From: an uncultured cyanobacterium | GTDB lineage: Bacteria; Cyanobacteriota; Cyanobacteriia; PCC-6307; Cyanobiaceae | Assembly: GCA_963765575.1 (NCBI GenBank) | Contig: CAVXWZ010000002.1 | Span: 544,001-608,000, forward strand | Length of the DNA: 64,000 nt | Reading direction: 5' to 3' | Shown: piece by piece, positions 46,022 through 57,085 of the stretch | Layout of the letters: every line of letters starts with the position of its first letter | Numbering within the stretch: the first letter of the stretch is position 1 | Position numbers and translations under genes: made by a program | Notes under the pieces: generated by a model | What the model saw: the letters and a program-made list of their open reading frames with translations, nothing else | Database searches by the model: none | What the model was told of the DNA's origin: nothing

Positions 46022-48925
46022 TCAGCAGCCCAGGGTGAGCGGTGCCACCGGGGCGATGCGCGGGTTGCGCCCGCCCACCTGGTTGGCCCGCAGCACCAGG
46101 GCGGAGGCCCCCAGGTTGAGGAACACCTTCAGCACCGACTCGCAGGCCAGGCGCGGCAGCAGCGAGCGCCAGCTGCCGAGGCCCTGGAGCAGGTCGTGGA
46201 GGGGCTGGTCGTCGAGGCTGCTGCCCAGGCGGAAGGAATCGCGCTGCCAGTCGTCGCGCAGGGGGGGCACCGGCAGCAGGCGAGCGCGCAGGATCCGCTC
46301 CAGCTCCAGCAGGCTGCCCAGGCGCTCGGCCTGCTCGGGGTGACGCTGCTCCCAGGCCCGGCGTTGCTCTGGATCGAGGCCGCGGATCTCGGCATCCAGG
46401 TCGCGGATGGCCGCGAACAGGGCCAGGTTGGAGTCCTGGGCGCAGTTGTGGGCCGGCCCCACGAAGCTGCCGCCGCTGCCATCGCCGATGCGGTAGCGGG
46501 CCGTCATCGCCGTGAGCTGGCGAGCGAAGGCATCGAGCGGAGAGCGCTGCTGCTCGGCGCCTGGCAGCCCCAGGGTGTAGGTGCCGGTGAAGGGGGGAAA
46601 GCGCACCAGGATGTCGGCCACCGGCCGGCTGCCCAGCCAGCCCCACTGGCGCTCGCCCAGGTAGCGCCAGCGGTCCTGGGCGCCAGCGACGATGCCATCG
46701 CGGTTGTGGGCGTACACCTGGCGGTAGTCCACCGCCACGCAGAGCTCGCCGCCAGCCAGCGGGTCGCGCCGCACCCGGCCGAAGCCATAGGCGAAGTGGC
46801 CGCTGCAGAGGCCGCCGCGCAGGGCCTGCTCGCGCTGCTCGCCGCCGATGCCGCCGAACACGTGCAGCACCAGCAGCCGGTCGCCCTCCTGCCACGACGC
46901 CAGCAGGGCCTGGTCAGCGGCTCCGGGGGTGGCTCCAGGGGTGGCACCGGGGGCGGCCCGCCGCGACACCAGCACCGAACTGGCGGCGCCCGCGGTGGTG
47001 TCGGCCCAGGCCTGGTGGCGCAGGTAGCGCCAGGCGGCACGGGGATGGGCGATCAGCCGCTGGGGCGCCAGCCGGCGCAGCCGCCGCGGCAGCAGCGCCT
47101 GCACCACGAAAGCGCCGTCGCCGTCGCCCACGCCACTCACCAGCCAGCCCTCCCGGTTGAGCTCCCCCTCCGCCAGCCCGGCGGCGCTGGCCGGCAGGAT
47201 GCCCTCCTGGTTGGCCACCGGCGGCGGCAGCCGCAGGCGCAGGGGCGGGCCCGTGAACGCGCCCCGGGCGGGATCGAACACCAGCGCCTCCCAGGCATCG
47301 CCATCGAGGGGCCGCACAAAGCGCACCAGGGCCTGGGCCAGGCCGGCGGTCTGCAGCGGTTCAGCGCTCACCTGCAGCCGCAGCGGAGCCGTCGACGCTG
47401 ATGGCACCCCGCCCGCCAGCACGGTCACCGGTTCCTGCAGGCGCACCAGGAGGTCGTCGTGGGGATGGGCCCCGGCCAGGGACTCCAGCGGGTTCACCTG
47501 CGCCCAGCCATCCAGCCGCAGCGGGTGCTGGTTGCCGGCCCGGGCGCTGTCGCGGGCCTCATCGCTGAAGGCCACGTCCATCGTCACCGGGGCCAGGGCC
47601 GGATCCCGCCAGACCAGGGCGGCGATACGGCCGCAGCAGTGCCGCCAGCCGGGGGGTGCCTGCAGCACCTCGAAGCCCACGGCGCCATCGCGGGCGTCGG
47701 CCGCCGGCAGGATCAGCCGGCCGATCCAGTGCGGCCGCGGCTGGAGGCGCGGATCGGGCAGGGGGGCACCGTCGCGGGCCCCATCGGGGCGGTGCCAGGG
47801 GTTGGTGATGAAGCGGCCGTAGTTGCCGCTGGAGGCCATCAGCTCTGCCTCGCCGCCACGGGGGGTGGCGACGATGGCGCTGACCAGATCCAGGGTCTGC
47901 TGCATGGGCGTGCGTCCATCGGGGAGGGTGGCGACGGCATCCATGACCCCGCCGGGCAGCTCGTGCCCCACCGGGCCCAGCGGCACCAGGCTCACCCTGC
48001 CGCGCCGCAGCGCCCGGTTCCAGTCGGAGAAGAGATAGGCCGGCCAGCGGCGCGGGAAGAGGATCGAGCCCAGGGGCGCCACCCGGTCGCGGTCGCCCAC
48101 CAGGTGGAAGAGGTGCTCGGCCTGCAGCACGCGGTTGTTGCCCGCAAACACACCGGCCAGGGAGATCACCTGCACCGGTGCGCCGAGCAGCCGACGCACA
48201 TGGGGCAGGGCCCCGAGGGAGATCTGGCCGCCGCCGCTGAAGCCCAGCAGCGTCACCGGTGTGCCGCTGCCGGGGGCATAGCCGTTGGCCAGCAGGGACC
48301 CCACGATCAGCTCGGCCATGCCGGCGTTGTACAGCGGGCCATAGCGGCCATCGGCCGACACCGCCACCACGGTGAGGTTGCGCAGGTTCACCAGAAGGCC
48401 CAGCCAGGAGAGCGGCCGCCGCACCCGCCAGGCGTCCACCCAGCGCCAGAAGCGCGCCAGCCAGCGGCCCTCGGTGAGGGGCTGGTTGGTGATCGAGTAG
48501 GGCATGATCCCGCGCAGGATGGCGATGTCGGCCGGCAGGGCCGCCGCCAGGCGGCGCAGGAAGTCTTCCCCCTCTGGCAGGGCCTGCTGGGAGGCCTGGC
48601 CGATGCCGTCGAGATACACCACCCAGCGCCGCACCCTGTTGCCGGCGCTGACGGGAACCGCCAGCTCACCGAGGCTCGGCGGCCGCTCTTCGGCAGCGCC
48701 GAACCAGCCGGCCCACCACCCCAGCGACTCCAGCGGCGCCAGCAAGGCGGCGACCAGGAACAGCACCAGGCCGATGCCGATCAGATCCACCACAACGCCG
48801 AAGCTGCGCACCAGGGCCTGACGGGCCAGGGCCAGCAGCAGGCCGGTGCCCGGCACCAGCACCGCCAGCACCAGCAGCAGGGCCGCCAGCAGCCAGCGGC
48901 GATGGCGGCGCCACCAAAATCTCAT
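46022..48925 (-). CDS. Large membrane-anchored protein: alpha/beta-hydrolase-like domain plus uncharacterised C-terminal domain
   Basis: 967 aa from ATG 48925; N-terminal TM helices, VYLDGIG and GFSGGG; later [21 protein letters not shown] and NCAQDSN. Confidence 0.7.
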   Translation of the reverse strand: MRFWWRRHRRWLLAALLLVLAVLVPGTGLLLALARQALVRSFGVVVDLIGIGLVLFLVAALLAPLESLGWWAGWFGAAEERPPSLGELAVPVSAGNRVRRWVVYLDGIGQASQQALPEGEDFLRRLAAALPADIAILRGIMPYSITNQPLTEGRWLARFWRWVDAWRVRRPLSWLGLLVNLRNLTVVAVSADGRYGPLYNAGMAELIVGSLLANGYAPGSGTPVTLLGFSGGGQISLGALPHVRRLLGAPVQVISLAGVFAGNNRVLQAEHLFHLVGDRDRVAPLGSILFPRRWPAYLFSDWNRALRRGRVSLVPLGPVGHELPGGVMDAVATLPDGRTPMQQTLDLVSAIVATPRGGEAELMASSGNYGRFITNPWHRPDGARDGAPLPDPRLQPRPHWIGRLILPAADARDGAVGFEVLQAPPGWRHCCGRIAALVWRDPALAPVTMDVAFSDEARDSARAGNQHPLRLDGWAQVNPLESLAGAHPHDDLLVRLQEPVTVLAGGVPSASTAPLRLQVSAEPLQTAGLAQALVRFVRPLDGDAWEALVFDPARGAFTGPPLRLRLPPPVANQEGILPASAAGLAEGELNREGWLVSGVGDGDGAFVVQALLPRRLRRLAPQRLIAHPRAAWRYLRHQAWADTTAGAASSVLVSRRAAPGATPGATPGAADQALLASWQEGDRLLVLHVFGGIGGEQREQALRGGLCSGHFAYGFGRVRRDPLAGGELCVAVDYRQVYAHNRDGIVAGAQDRWRYLGERQWGWLGSRPVADILVRFPPFTGTYTLGLPGAEQQRSPLDAFARQLTAMTARYRIGDGSGGSFVGPAHNCAQDSNLALFAAIRDLDAEIRGLDPEQRRAWEQRHPEQAERLGSLLELERILRARLLPVPPLRDDWQRDSFRLGSSLDDQPLHDLLQGLGSWRSLLPRLACESVLKVFLNLGASALVLRANQVGGRNPRIAPVAPLTLGC

Positions 48926-49560
48926 CGCCGTGGCCCGCCGCGGGGATCGCTGGCCAGCAGATCGCGCAGGCCGCGGCGGCCCTGCACCAGCTGCACCCCC
49001 GCCGTGCGGTTGAGCAGGCCACTGCCCAGGCGCATCAGCGGCTGGCCGGCGCGGCGCTGCAGCAGCAGCATCACCAGCCAGCCGCCCAGCAGGGCGATGA
49101 AGGCCTGCCAGGGCCCGAGGCCCGCCACCTCCACCAGGGCGACCACGAAGGCGATCGCCGTCCACAGCGACAGCAGGGTGAGCCAGGGCACGCCGAGGTA
49201 GGGCAGGGCGCCGAGGAAGGCCAGCAACTGGGGGGCATGGGCCACGCCCAGGGCCAGGACGATGGTGGCGGGGGCCACCGGCACCGCAAAGGCCAGGCGG
49301 GCCACCAGCCAGGTGCTCAGGGCCCAGAACAGAAAGCCCACCACCACCAGGATCGCCTCCACCACCAGGCTGAGGGCGAAGCGCACCGGCGACACCCGGT
49401 TCACGAACAGGATGAAGGCATGGCCGATGCCCTGGGACAGGGCCGCCAGCAGGGCGATCAGCACGCCCCACCAACCCGGCACCTGGGCGCCGCTGAGCAG
49501 GCGGAAGCCGGTGGGATGCAGCCGCAGGGTGTGCCCCACCAGCTCAGCGAAGGTGTCCAT
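48922..49560 (-). CDS. Yip1-like multi-pass membrane protein
   Basis: About five TM segments; ATGA overlap with the downstream gene. Confidence 0.65.
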   Translation of the reverse strand: MDTFAELVGHTLRLHPTGFRLLSGAQVPGWWGVLIALLAALSQGIGHAFILFVNRVSPVRFALSLVVEAILVVVGFLFWALSTWLVARLAFAVPVAPATIVLALGVAHAPQLLAFLGALPYLGVPWLTLLSLWTAIAFVVALVEVAGLGPWQAFIALLGGWLVMLLLQRRAGQPLMRLGSGLLNRTAGVQLVQGRRGLRDLLASDPRGGPRR

Positions 49561-49648
49561 CACCGCGGGCCGGGCGGCAGCAGCACTCTGCCAGGGGCAG
49601 ATCTCCCCGGCGCCTACGCCAGGCTGGAGCGATGCTGGCAGCTGCTCC

Positions 49649-50197
49649 ATGGCCATCCGACCCGTTCTGCGCCTCGGAGATCCGCGCCTGCGCCAAGTGG
49701 CGGCGGCGGTGCCGCCTGAGGCCTGCGGCGGCGCCGGGCTGGCGGCCCTGATCAACGACCTGCGCGACACCATGGCCGCCCGCGATGGGGCGGGCCTGGC
49801 GGCACCCCAGATCGGCGTGGCGCTGCGGGTGGTGATCTTCGGGATCACCCACAACTGCCGCTACCCCGAAGCACCGCCGATTGCCGAAACGGTGCTGATC
49901 AACCCGCTGATCACCCCCCTGGGCGCGGCGCGCAGCAGCGGCTGGGAGGGCTGCCTGAGCGTGCCCGGCCTGCGCGGTGCGGTGCCCCGCTGGACGCGGA
50001 TTCGCTACGCGGGCCTGGATGCGGATGGCCAGGGGCTGGAGCGGGAGGTGGACGGCTTCCATGCGCGGGTGGTGCAGCACGAGTGCGACCACCTCGATGG
50101 GGTGCTGTTCCCCGATCGGGTGGAGGAGCCCAGCGCCCTCGGCTTCACCGAGGAGCTGGTGGCGGCGGGGGTGCTGGGAACGGGGGGCACGGATTGA
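49649..50197 (+). CDS. def: Peptide deformylase
   Basis: GAGLAAPQIG, EGCLSVPG and QHECDHLDG. Confidence 0.93.
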   Translation: MAIRPVLRLGDPRLRQVAAAVPPEACGGAGLAALINDLRDTMAARDGAGLAAPQIGVALRVVIFGITHNCRYPEAPPIAETVLINPLITPLGAARSSGWEGCLSVPGLRGAVPRWTRIRYAGLDADGQGLEREVDGFHARVVQHECDHLDGVLFPDRVEEPSALGFTEELVAAGVLGTGGTD

Positions 50198-50269
50198 GTC
50201 GCGGCCCATGGGGTTGGTGGTGCAGCTGAGTCTCAATCTGAATCGGTTTTCTGCCGGTGAGGCCAGGCC

Positions 50270-51050
50270 CTAGGCCAGCCAGTTGAGGAAGCGCTGGATC
50301 ACGATCGCGTTGCTGAAGTCCACGCAGAAGCCCGAGGAGATCACCGCGGCGTCGTAGCTGCGGCCCATGGCCGGGAACACCACCACGATGGCGAAGGTCA
50401 GGGCCACCAGGAACTGGGCCGCCATGATCAGCAGGATCGGGCCGGCCAGGCCGGCGATCGTCCAGAGCTGCAGGCTCATCAACGACATCGTGAGGAAGAT
50501 CCCCAGCGCGATTTCCGACACCGGGGCCAGCGACCTCACCGCCGGCCAGCGCAGGCGCGGCACCGCCAGAGGCACGATGTTGGTGAGCAGGATCGCGCCG
50601 AACAGGGCGCAGACGAACAGCGGCAGATTGCTGCCGATGGTCTGCAGGGTGTAGTGGAGACCTTCGCCCAGCACCAGGCTCATGTTCAGCCAGAAGAGGG
50701 TGCGCAGCAGGCTGAAGTAGTTCACCGGCCGCTGGTGGGTAGGGGGGTCAGCTCGCTCGCCCAGGCCATCGCCGGCGGCCGGCCCTGAGGGTTTTCACAT
50801 CGGCATTGAGGCCGATGGCGGCGAAGAAATAGAGCGGCAGGAAATCGCGGCTGGCCAGGTTGAAGCCCACCTCCAACCCGCTCAGCGCATGCGCCAGGGC
50901 AAGCAGCCCACACACCAGCAGGCCACTGCTCACCGGCTCGGGAATGTTGAACTGGCGCAGCAGCGCGAAGCGCTGGTTCAGCCAGCGGCCAATCGCCAGC
51001 ACCACGATGGCGATGTTGAACGTGGCGAAGCTGGAGATCTCGATGGGGGC
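50270..51050 (-). pseudogene. gltS: Sodium/glutamate symporter remnant with large internal deletions
   Basis: FNIPEPVSSG, FFAAIGLNA, FLTMSLMSLQLW and MGRSYDAAV fragments in about 780 bp across two frames. Confidence 0.75.
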
Positions 51051-51336
51051 TGGCGCCCCGGCTTGCAACCTGCTCTGGATCAAGGCTGTGAGGCCCAGAT
51101 GGCATGGCCGGCACTGGTCCTTACCAATGCCACCTGTCACTTTCCGCCCGTGGCAAGACCCCGTTCTCAAGGGTTCTGGATTCCGACCTCGGTGGGCAAC
51201 CAGGGAAGCTCTGGATAATCGGGAGAGAGCTCAGACAACGCGAGGACGTTGTCAGAAATTGCCTACAACATTGACAAGAGTAACTGTAACGGAGCCCCCG
51301 GCATCAGCCAGGGGCGGGGTGTTCTCAAGCCTGGTG

Positions 51337-51360
51337 AGGAGGCCTCCCTGGGGGCCTCCT
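51337..51360 (-). terminator. Hairpin after the Hsp20 gene (possible terminator)
   Basis: AGGAGGCC...GGCCTCCT inverted repeat just beyond the stop; no clear U-tract. Confidence 0.45.
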
Positions 51361-51371
51361 GCTGCTGGGAT

Positions 51372-51836
51372 TCAGCCCACCACCTTCACCGACACGCTGG
51401 TGAGCTTGTGGGCCTTGGGGGCCTTGACCGTGAGCAGGCCATCGCGGTAGGTGGCGTTGATCTGCTGGGGATCAATCGGTGTCGAAAAGCGGAAGCTGCG
51501 GCTCCAGGTGCCGTAGCGGAACTCGCTGATCAGGGGTTGCGGGCGGGGGGAAGCGGCCGCCTCGGGTTGGTCGCCAGCCTGGCTGGGCTCGGAGCCGCTC
51601 ACGGGAGCTGCCGTGGCGGCGCGGCGCTCAGCGCTGATCACCAGGGTGCGATCGGTGGCCTTGACATCAATGGCGTCGCGGTCAACACCGGGGAGCTCGA
51701 GGCAGATGGCATAGGCCTCGGGGGTGTCATGCACTTCAGCGGCAGGCACGCGCTCGGCGTCCTGACGTTGTTGGGTGAGCTGTTCTTCGAGGCGATCGAA
51801 CAGTTCAAAGGGAGAGGTGGTGCGCAGGTTCAGCAT
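51372..51836 (-). CDS. Hsp20/alpha-crystallin small heat-shock protein
   Basis: ELPGV, SEFRYGTWSRSF and ATYRDGLLTVKAPK. Confidence 0.9.
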   Translation of the reverse strand: MLNLRTTSPFELFDRLEEQLTQQRQDAERVPAAEVHDTPEAYAICLELPGVDRDAIDVKATDRTLVISAERRAATAAPVSGSEPSQAGDQPEAAASPRPQPLISEFRYGTWSRSFRFSTPIDPQQINATYRDGLLTVKAPKAHKLTSVSVKVVG

Positions 51837-52020
51837 GGTTTTGGTGGCGAAGTTGCGTTGATGCGGGGTCTCATCGCCCCCGTGCAACAACCTTTGCAGG
51901 CCCAGACAGCAGCCGGGATGGGATGAACCGAACACAGAGATTCGGCCCTCACGACAACATTCGGCTCACCCACCTGCCGTGGGCGGAGAACCGAATCAAC
52001 CCCGCTTCAGCCCTCGCGTT

Positions 52021-52624
52021 TCAGGATCCGGGCAACGAGCTGGGTGGCCAGCAGGGGCGGGGCACGTAGCGGGCCGCCAGGCCGATGCGCCGTTGATTCG
52101 AGGAGTTCGCGGGCGAGCTGTGCACGATCCAGCGATCGAAAATCACAAACTCTCCCGGGGCCAGGATGATCGGCACAGCCCGCTCGGCCTCGCCTGGTTC
52201 CAACGCGATCGCCTGGGCGAAGCGGCCGCCTGTGGCGCAGGCCTGGTGGGGCCGCTGACGGTGATGGCGATCACATGAGCGCTCACGCAGTGCGATCGGA
52301 TCCAGGGGCCAGAAGGCGCCGTCCTGATGCCAGGGCACAGGCGGCGACCCCAACGGCCTTGTCAAACAGGCGGCTGTTCCAGAGCAGCAGGTCGTCACCC
52401 AGCACGGCGGCGAGCCGCTCGATCACGGGCGGCGCCGAGGCGAGGGCATGGACCGGGGCGCAATCGATGTGCCGGTACAGCCGGGGGTCCTGGGTGGGCC
52501 CATCGCTGCCGATCAGCGGCTCAAGGGCAGCCAGCAGCGGGATAGCCCACTCACCCCGGCCACGGCAGCAGATCAGAAACCCCTGCTCCTGGAACTGATG
52601 GCGCTCGGCAACGGTGAGCGTCAA
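52021..52624 (-). pseudogene. Phytanoyl-CoA dioxygenase (PhyH, 2OG-Fe) family remnant
   Basis: FQEQGFL, VPWHQDGAFWP and IVHSSPANSSNQRRIGL fragments over several frames, with segments missing. Confidence 0.7.
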
Positions 52625-52762
52625 ACTGGTGCTCAGGACTCCAGCATTGAAGGTTAGCCGGAGAGCTGCACGCGCCCAGATTCAATCGGTTTGGGCTTGG
52701 TGGTGCCCAGCCGGTGGGGATGAGCTGCCGCCTCAGGAATCGGGTGACACGAGACGTGAAAT

Positions 52763-53122
52763 TCAGGATTCACGCCTGGAGGCCTCGAGGGCAAGCATCA
52801 GGAACTCGCACACTCTTTTGGTCTTGATGTCGCCGAGAGATCTGAGCTTCAGATGGCGACGGAACTGTCCCGAGCCCTCCAGAAGCCCATCGGAATCAAC
52901 GATGTGTGCACCATGGCTGAATTCCACGGAGACATGGTGCTTGTAGGCGAAGACACCAGCAAATGGAACATCTGACGCAAACATGATGCCTCCATACTTC
53001 ACCTCTTCCGAGAGCGGCTGGATGGTTGCCGCAGCCAACGCACGAACCGCTTCGACGATCTGAAATTGGTCTTCCCCAAGCAGCAGGACACCATCTACGA
53101 GGGTCTGAACTGATTGGGTCAT
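52763..53122 (-). CDS. DUF1801 (YdhG-like) domain protein
   Basis: EEVKYGG, HVSVEFSHGA and LEGSGQFRRHLK; AT-richer than the core genes. Confidence 0.75.
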   Translation of the reverse strand: MTQSVQTLVDGVLLLGEDQFQIVEAVRALAAATIQPLSEEVKYGGIMFASDVPFAGVFAYKHHVSVEFSHGAHIVDSDGLLEGSGQFRRHLKLRSLGDIKTKRVCEFLMLALEASRRES

Positions 53123-53205
53123 GGATGCTGGGTCATGAGATTGTTCTTGTTCGATGACTCGAAACTCCTCGCATCAACGGGGCCGTCGTTTCAGCCCAGG
53201 TCGTG

Positions 53206-53246
53206 CAGCTGAGCCAACGAACTGAATCCACCAGTTGGCTCAGCTG
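53206..53246. repeat. Perfect 13-bp inverted repeat downstream of thiC
   Basis: CAGCTGAGCCAAC-N15-GTTGGCTCAGCTG. Confidence 0.7.
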
Positions 53247-53260
53247 GTCCTGTGACCTGC

Positions 53261-54658
53261 TCAGACCCCCACCGGCTGGCCGGACGGCTCCTGGGCCTTC
53301 TGCTGTTCCGCCAGCACCTCTTCCAATCCGGCCAGATCCTCATCGGTGATCTTGGTCTGCATCGGGCAGTGCTTGGGGCCGCACATCGAGCAGAACTCGG
53401 CTTCTTTGTAGATGTCGGCCGGCAGGGTTTCGTCGTGGTATTCGCGGGCGCGTTCGGGATCGAGCGAGAGGTCGAACTGCTTGTTCCAGTCGAAGGCGTA
53501 GCGGGCACGGCTGAGTTCGTCGTCGCGGTCGCGGGCGCCCGGGCGGTGGCGGGCGAGGTCGGCGGCGTGGGCGGCGATCTTGTAGGCGATCAGGCCCTCA
53601 CGCACGTCTTCGGCATTGGGCAGGCCCAGGTGTTCCTTGGGGGTCACATAACAGAGCATCGCCGTGCCGTGCCAGCCCGCCAGCGCCGCGCCGATGGCAC
53701 TGGTGATGTGGTCGTAGCCGGGGGCGATGTCGGTGACCAGCGGGCCGAGCACATAGAAGGGTGCCTCGCTGCACTCCTCCATCTGCTTTTTGACGTTGAA
53801 CTCGATCTGGTCCATCGGCACGTGGCCCGGACCTTCCACCATCACCTGGATATCGTGCTCCCAGGCGCGGCGGGTGAGCTGGCCGAGGGTTTTCAGCTCC
53901 GCCAATTGGGCGGCATCGGAGGCGTCGTGCTGACAGCCGGGACGCAGCGAATCACCCAGCGAGAAGCTGCAGTCGTAGCGCTTGAAGATCTCGATGATGT
54001 CATCGAAGTGGGTGAACAGCGGATTCTGCTTGTGGTGATACAGCATCCACTGGGCCAGGATGCCGCCGCCACGGCTCACAATGCCGGTGAGGCGACCCTT
54101 CACCAGCGGCAGGTGCTCGATCAGCAGGCCGGCGTGGATGGTCTGGTAATCGACCCCCTGCTGGCAGTGCTTTTCGATGATGTGCAGGAAATCATCGGCA
54201 TCGAGCTTCTCGATCGAGCCGTGCACACTCTCGAGTGCCTGATACACCGGCACGGTGCCGATCGGCACGGTGGAGGCGTTGATGATCGCCGTGCGCACCT
54301 CATCGAGGTTGACGCCGCCGGTGGAGAGATCCATCACCGTGTCGGCGCCGTACTTCACGGCCAGCTGCAGCTTGGCCACCTCTTCATTGAGGTCGGAGGC
54401 ATTCGGGGAGGCGCCGATGTTGGCGTTCACCTTGCACCTGGAGGCGATGCCGATCGCCATCGGCTCCAGGTTGGGGTGGTTGATGTTGGCCGGGATGATC
54501 ATGCGGCCCCGGGCCACCTCCTCCATCACCAGCGATTCGGGCAGATTCTCCCGCTGGGCCACGAAGGCCATCTCCTCGGTCACCACGCCCTGGCGGGCGT
54601 AATGCATCTGCGACACATTGGCGTCGCCACGACGCTTCTCAATCCAGGCGCTGCGCAT
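53261..54658 (-). CDS. thiC: Phosphomethylpyrimidine synthase
   Basis: [28 protein letters not shown] and CSMCGPKHC. Confidence 0.97.
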   Translation of the reverse strand: MRSAWIEKRRGDANVSQMHYARQGVVTEEMAFVAQRENLPESLVMEEVARGRMIIPANINHPNLEPMAIGIASRCKVNANIGASPNASDLNEEVAKLQLAVKYGADTVMDLSTGGVNLDEVRTAIINASTVPIGTVPVYQALESVHGSIEKLDADDFLHIIEKHCQQGVDYQTIHAGLLIEHLPLVKGRLTGIVSRGGGILAQWMLYHHKQNPLFTHFDDIIEIFKRYDCSFSLGDSLRPGCQHDASDAAQLAELKTLGQLTRRAWEHDIQVMVEGPGHVPMDQIEFNVKKQMEECSEAPFYVLGPLVTDIAPGYDHITSAIGAALAGWHGTAMLCYVTPKEHLGLPNAEDVREGLIAYKIAAHAADLARHRPGARDRDDELSRARYAFDWNKQFDLSLDPERAREYHDETLPADIYKEAEFCSMCGPKHCPMQTKITDEDLAGLEEVLAEQQKAQEPSGQPVGV

Positions 54659-54765
54659 GATCGGTTGGGGCAAAGAACGGAACGGGAAGCGGCCGGTCTG
54701 CGGCCGAGGCGGGGTTCCGGTTCCGGTTGCCGAGATCGCTTCGCCCACCAGGACGGTGGGCGGCT

Positions 54766-54862
54766 CACTTCCCTGCGCCGGCATGACCCGGATCAGGTTC
54801 GGAGGGTGTGATCTCAGCCCTGGGTCGGACGGCGTGAAGCCGCTGACCGGGCACCCCTAGTG
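54766..54862 (-). ncRNA. TPP riboswitch
   Basis: Minus strand CTAGGGGTGC...GGGCTGAGATCACACCCTCCGAACCTGATCCGGGTCATGCCGGCGCAGGGAAG, upstream of thiC. Confidence 0.95.
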
Positions 54863-54920
54863 ACGCCCAGATCCTAGCCAGGCCACACCAATCCGGCCGA
54901 ACCGGCGCCCTTGGGGGGCA

Positions 54921-55544
54921 TCAGCCCTGCAGGCCATTGAGGGCGGCGGCCACCACCCGGTGATCGGGATCGGCCTGCAGCCGCTGCAGCAGCTCCCGCG
55001 CCGTGGCCGCAAGCCCGCCACCAGCGGCCGAGGCCGAGGCCGACGCCGAGCCGTCCCGCACCACCCGGCCGAGGATCTCGGCGCCACCCACGCGCACGGT
55101 GCCGTCATCGGCGTCGATGGCCAGGCTGGCGAGCTCCAGCAACTCCTCGGCACCGGCCTCGGGATGCTCCGCCACCGCCGCCAACACGCTGCAGCGCAGC
55201 AGCCACTGGTCGTCGCGGCGGAAGGCCTCCAGCAGCAGCGGCCAGGCCTGCTCCAGCCCATGGCTGACCAGCGAATTGGCCGCCTCGGCGCGCACGTTGG
55301 GGTCGGCGTCGTGCTCCAGGGCCCGCACCAGCGCCTCCCGGCCCGCCCCATTGCGCTTCACTCCCAGGCCGGCGCAGCTCAGCGAACGCACCAGAAACGC
55401 CTCCTCCTCCAGCCCCAGCAGCAGCAGCGGCACCGCGTCCTCCACCGCCGCCGCCCGCAGCGCCACAAGGGCGGGCATGGAACGGCCGGGATCGCCACAG
55501 GTGATGGCGTCGCGCAACTGCTGGAGATCGGGCTTGTCAGTCAT
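54921..55544 (-). CDS. HEAT-repeat (PBS lyase-like) protein
   Basis: Repeats DADPNVRAEAA, DDQWLLR, DGTVRVGGA and DPDHRVVAA. Confidence 0.8.
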   Translation of the reverse strand: MTDKPDLQQLRDAITCGDPGRSMPALVALRAAAVEDAVPLLLLGLEEEAFLVRSLSCAGLGVKRNGAGREALVRALEHDADPNVRAEAANSLVSHGLEQAWPLLLEAFRRDDQWLLRCSVLAAVAEHPEAGAEELLELASLAIDADDGTVRVGGAEILGRVVRDGSASASASAAGGGLAATARELLQRLQADPDHRVVAAALNGLQG

Positions 55545-55562
55545 GTCCCCAGCTTGCCTGGA

Positions 55563-55793
55563 TCAGCCGCGCTCCTGTCGCAGGGCCAGCAGCAGGGCGC
55601 GCCGCCGACGCTGCCGCCGCACCCGGCTGGCCACCAGCAGGCCAGCGCCGATCAACAGGGCCGGCACCACCTGGATGCGGTCCTGCCCCTGCCGCTGCAG
55701 CAGCACCACCAGCGCCAGCACGATCAGCAGCGGCGCCGAGAGCATCAGCAGGCCATCGAGCAGGGGCCGGGGGCGCAGCGGTTTCGGCGTCAC
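55563..55793 (-). CDS. Small two-TM membrane protein (DUF3188-like)
   Basis: Two hydrophobic helices and a basic C-terminus; co-transcribed position. Confidence 0.65.
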   Translation of the reverse strand: MTPKPLRPRPLLDGLLMLSAPLLIVLALVVLLQRQGQDRIQVVPALLIGAGLLVASRVRRQRRRRALLLALRQERG

Positions 55794-57085
55794 GGCGATG
55801 GAGCGGCTTCGGCGCGGGCTTCGATCCAGCGCAGCAGGCTGAGGCTGAGCACCTTCACCCCCACCGCCAGGGCGCCCTCATCGGGGGCGAAGGTGTTGCT
55901 GTGCAGCGGTGTGCAGCCCTGCGGCCCCGCCACCCCCAGGCGAAACATGGTGCCGCGGATACCGTCGAGAAATTCGGCGAAGTCTTCAGCCCCCAGCGAC
56001 GGCTGCTCCAGCCACTGCACCCGCTGCGCCCCCAGCAGCTCCACCCCGGCCGCGGCCACCAGGCCGGTGAGCTCCGGATCGTTGTGCACCGGCGGCGAAA
56101 TGCGCCGGTAGCGCACCCGGGCCTCACCGCCATGGCCGCGGCAGAGGGCATGCACCGTGTCCTCGATCCACAGCGGCAGCCGGTCGTGCAGCTCCAGATC
56201 CAGGCAACGCACCGTGCCCAGCAGACGCACGTGGTCGGCGATCACGTTGAAAGCCCGACCCCCCTCGATGCGGCCGAAGCTCACCACCACCGGATGCAGG
56301 GCATCGAGCCGGCGACTGATCGCCTCCTGCAGGCCGCTCACCACCCGGGCCGCGATCCAGATGGCATCGGTGCTCTGGTGGGGCCGGGCACCGTGGCCGC
56401 TCTCGCCGAGCACCTCGATTTCGAGTTCACCGGCGGCGGCGGTGAGGCTGCCGCTGCGCACACCGATGCTGCCCACCGGAATGGAGGGGAAGACATGCAC
56501 CCCGAACAGGGCTTCGATGCCCTCGGTGGCGCCGTCGGCCTTCATCCAGGCCGCCCCCTCGGCGGTTTCCTCCGCCGGCTGGAACAGCAGCCGCACCCGG
56601 GCGGCGAGCCGTTCGGGATGGCGCTTGGCCAAGGCCGCCAGCAGGGCGGCCACCCCCAGGCCCACGGCGCTGTGCAGGTCGTGGCCGCAGGCGTGCATCA
56701 GGCCCTGGACCGTGGAGGCGTAGTCGAGACCGGTGCGCTCCTCCACCGGCAGGGCGTCCATGTCGACCCGCAGGGCCACCACGGGCGCCGGCGAACCATC
56801 GGGCCGCAGCCGGGGGCCGAGTTCAGCCAACACGCCGGTGCGGCCCACGCCTTCGCGCACCTCCCAGCCCCAGCGCCGCAGTTCTCCAGCCACCAGGGCG
56901 GCGGTCTGCTGCTCATGGCCGCTCAGCTCCGGGTGGCGGTGCAGGTGGCGGCGCAGCTGGATCAGCTCGGGCAGCACGGCGGCCAGATCCGCCTCCAGCC
57001 CCAGTTGCCGCCAGCTCAGCGGCGTGGGCGGCATTGGGCCTCCGCCGTCAGCGGCAGCGGATCGGGGCTCGAGATCACAGGGCAT
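55790..57085 (-). CDS. M20D family amidohydrolase
   Basis: RRHLHRHPELS, RVDMDALP, MHACGHD, FQPAEE and AEDFA; start could be 57034. Confidence 0.9.
   Translation of the reverse strand: MPCDLEPRSAAADGGGPMPPTPLSWRQLGLEADLAAVLPELIQLRRHLHRHPELSGHEQQTAALVAGELRRWGWEVREGVGRTGVLAELGPRLRPDGSPAPVVALRVDMDALPVEERTGLDYASTVQGLMHACGHDLHSAVGLGVAALLAALAKRHPERLAARVRLLFQPAEETAEGAAWMKADGATEGIEALFGVHVFPSIPVGSIGVRSGSLTAAAGELEIEVLGESGHGARPHQSTDAIWIAARVVSGLQEAISRRLDALHPVVVSFGRIEGGRAFNVIADHVRLLGTVRCLDLELHDRLPLWIEDTVHALCRGHGGEARVRYRRISPPVHNDPELTGLVAAAGVELLGAQRVQWLEQPSLGAEDFAEFLDGIRGTMFRLGVAGPQGCTPLHSNTFAPDEGALAVGVKVLSLSLLRWIEARAEAAPSP

Noticed and set aside
51050..51300. Possible glutamine riboswitch upstream of the gltS remnant
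   Set aside because: The consensus elements were not found by eye; only a TTGTCA/TGACAA inverted repeat of unknown meaning is present.
52625..53250. DUF1801 gene as another integron cassette
   Set aside because: It is AT-richer, but no R''/L''/L'/R' attC arrangement follows its stop.
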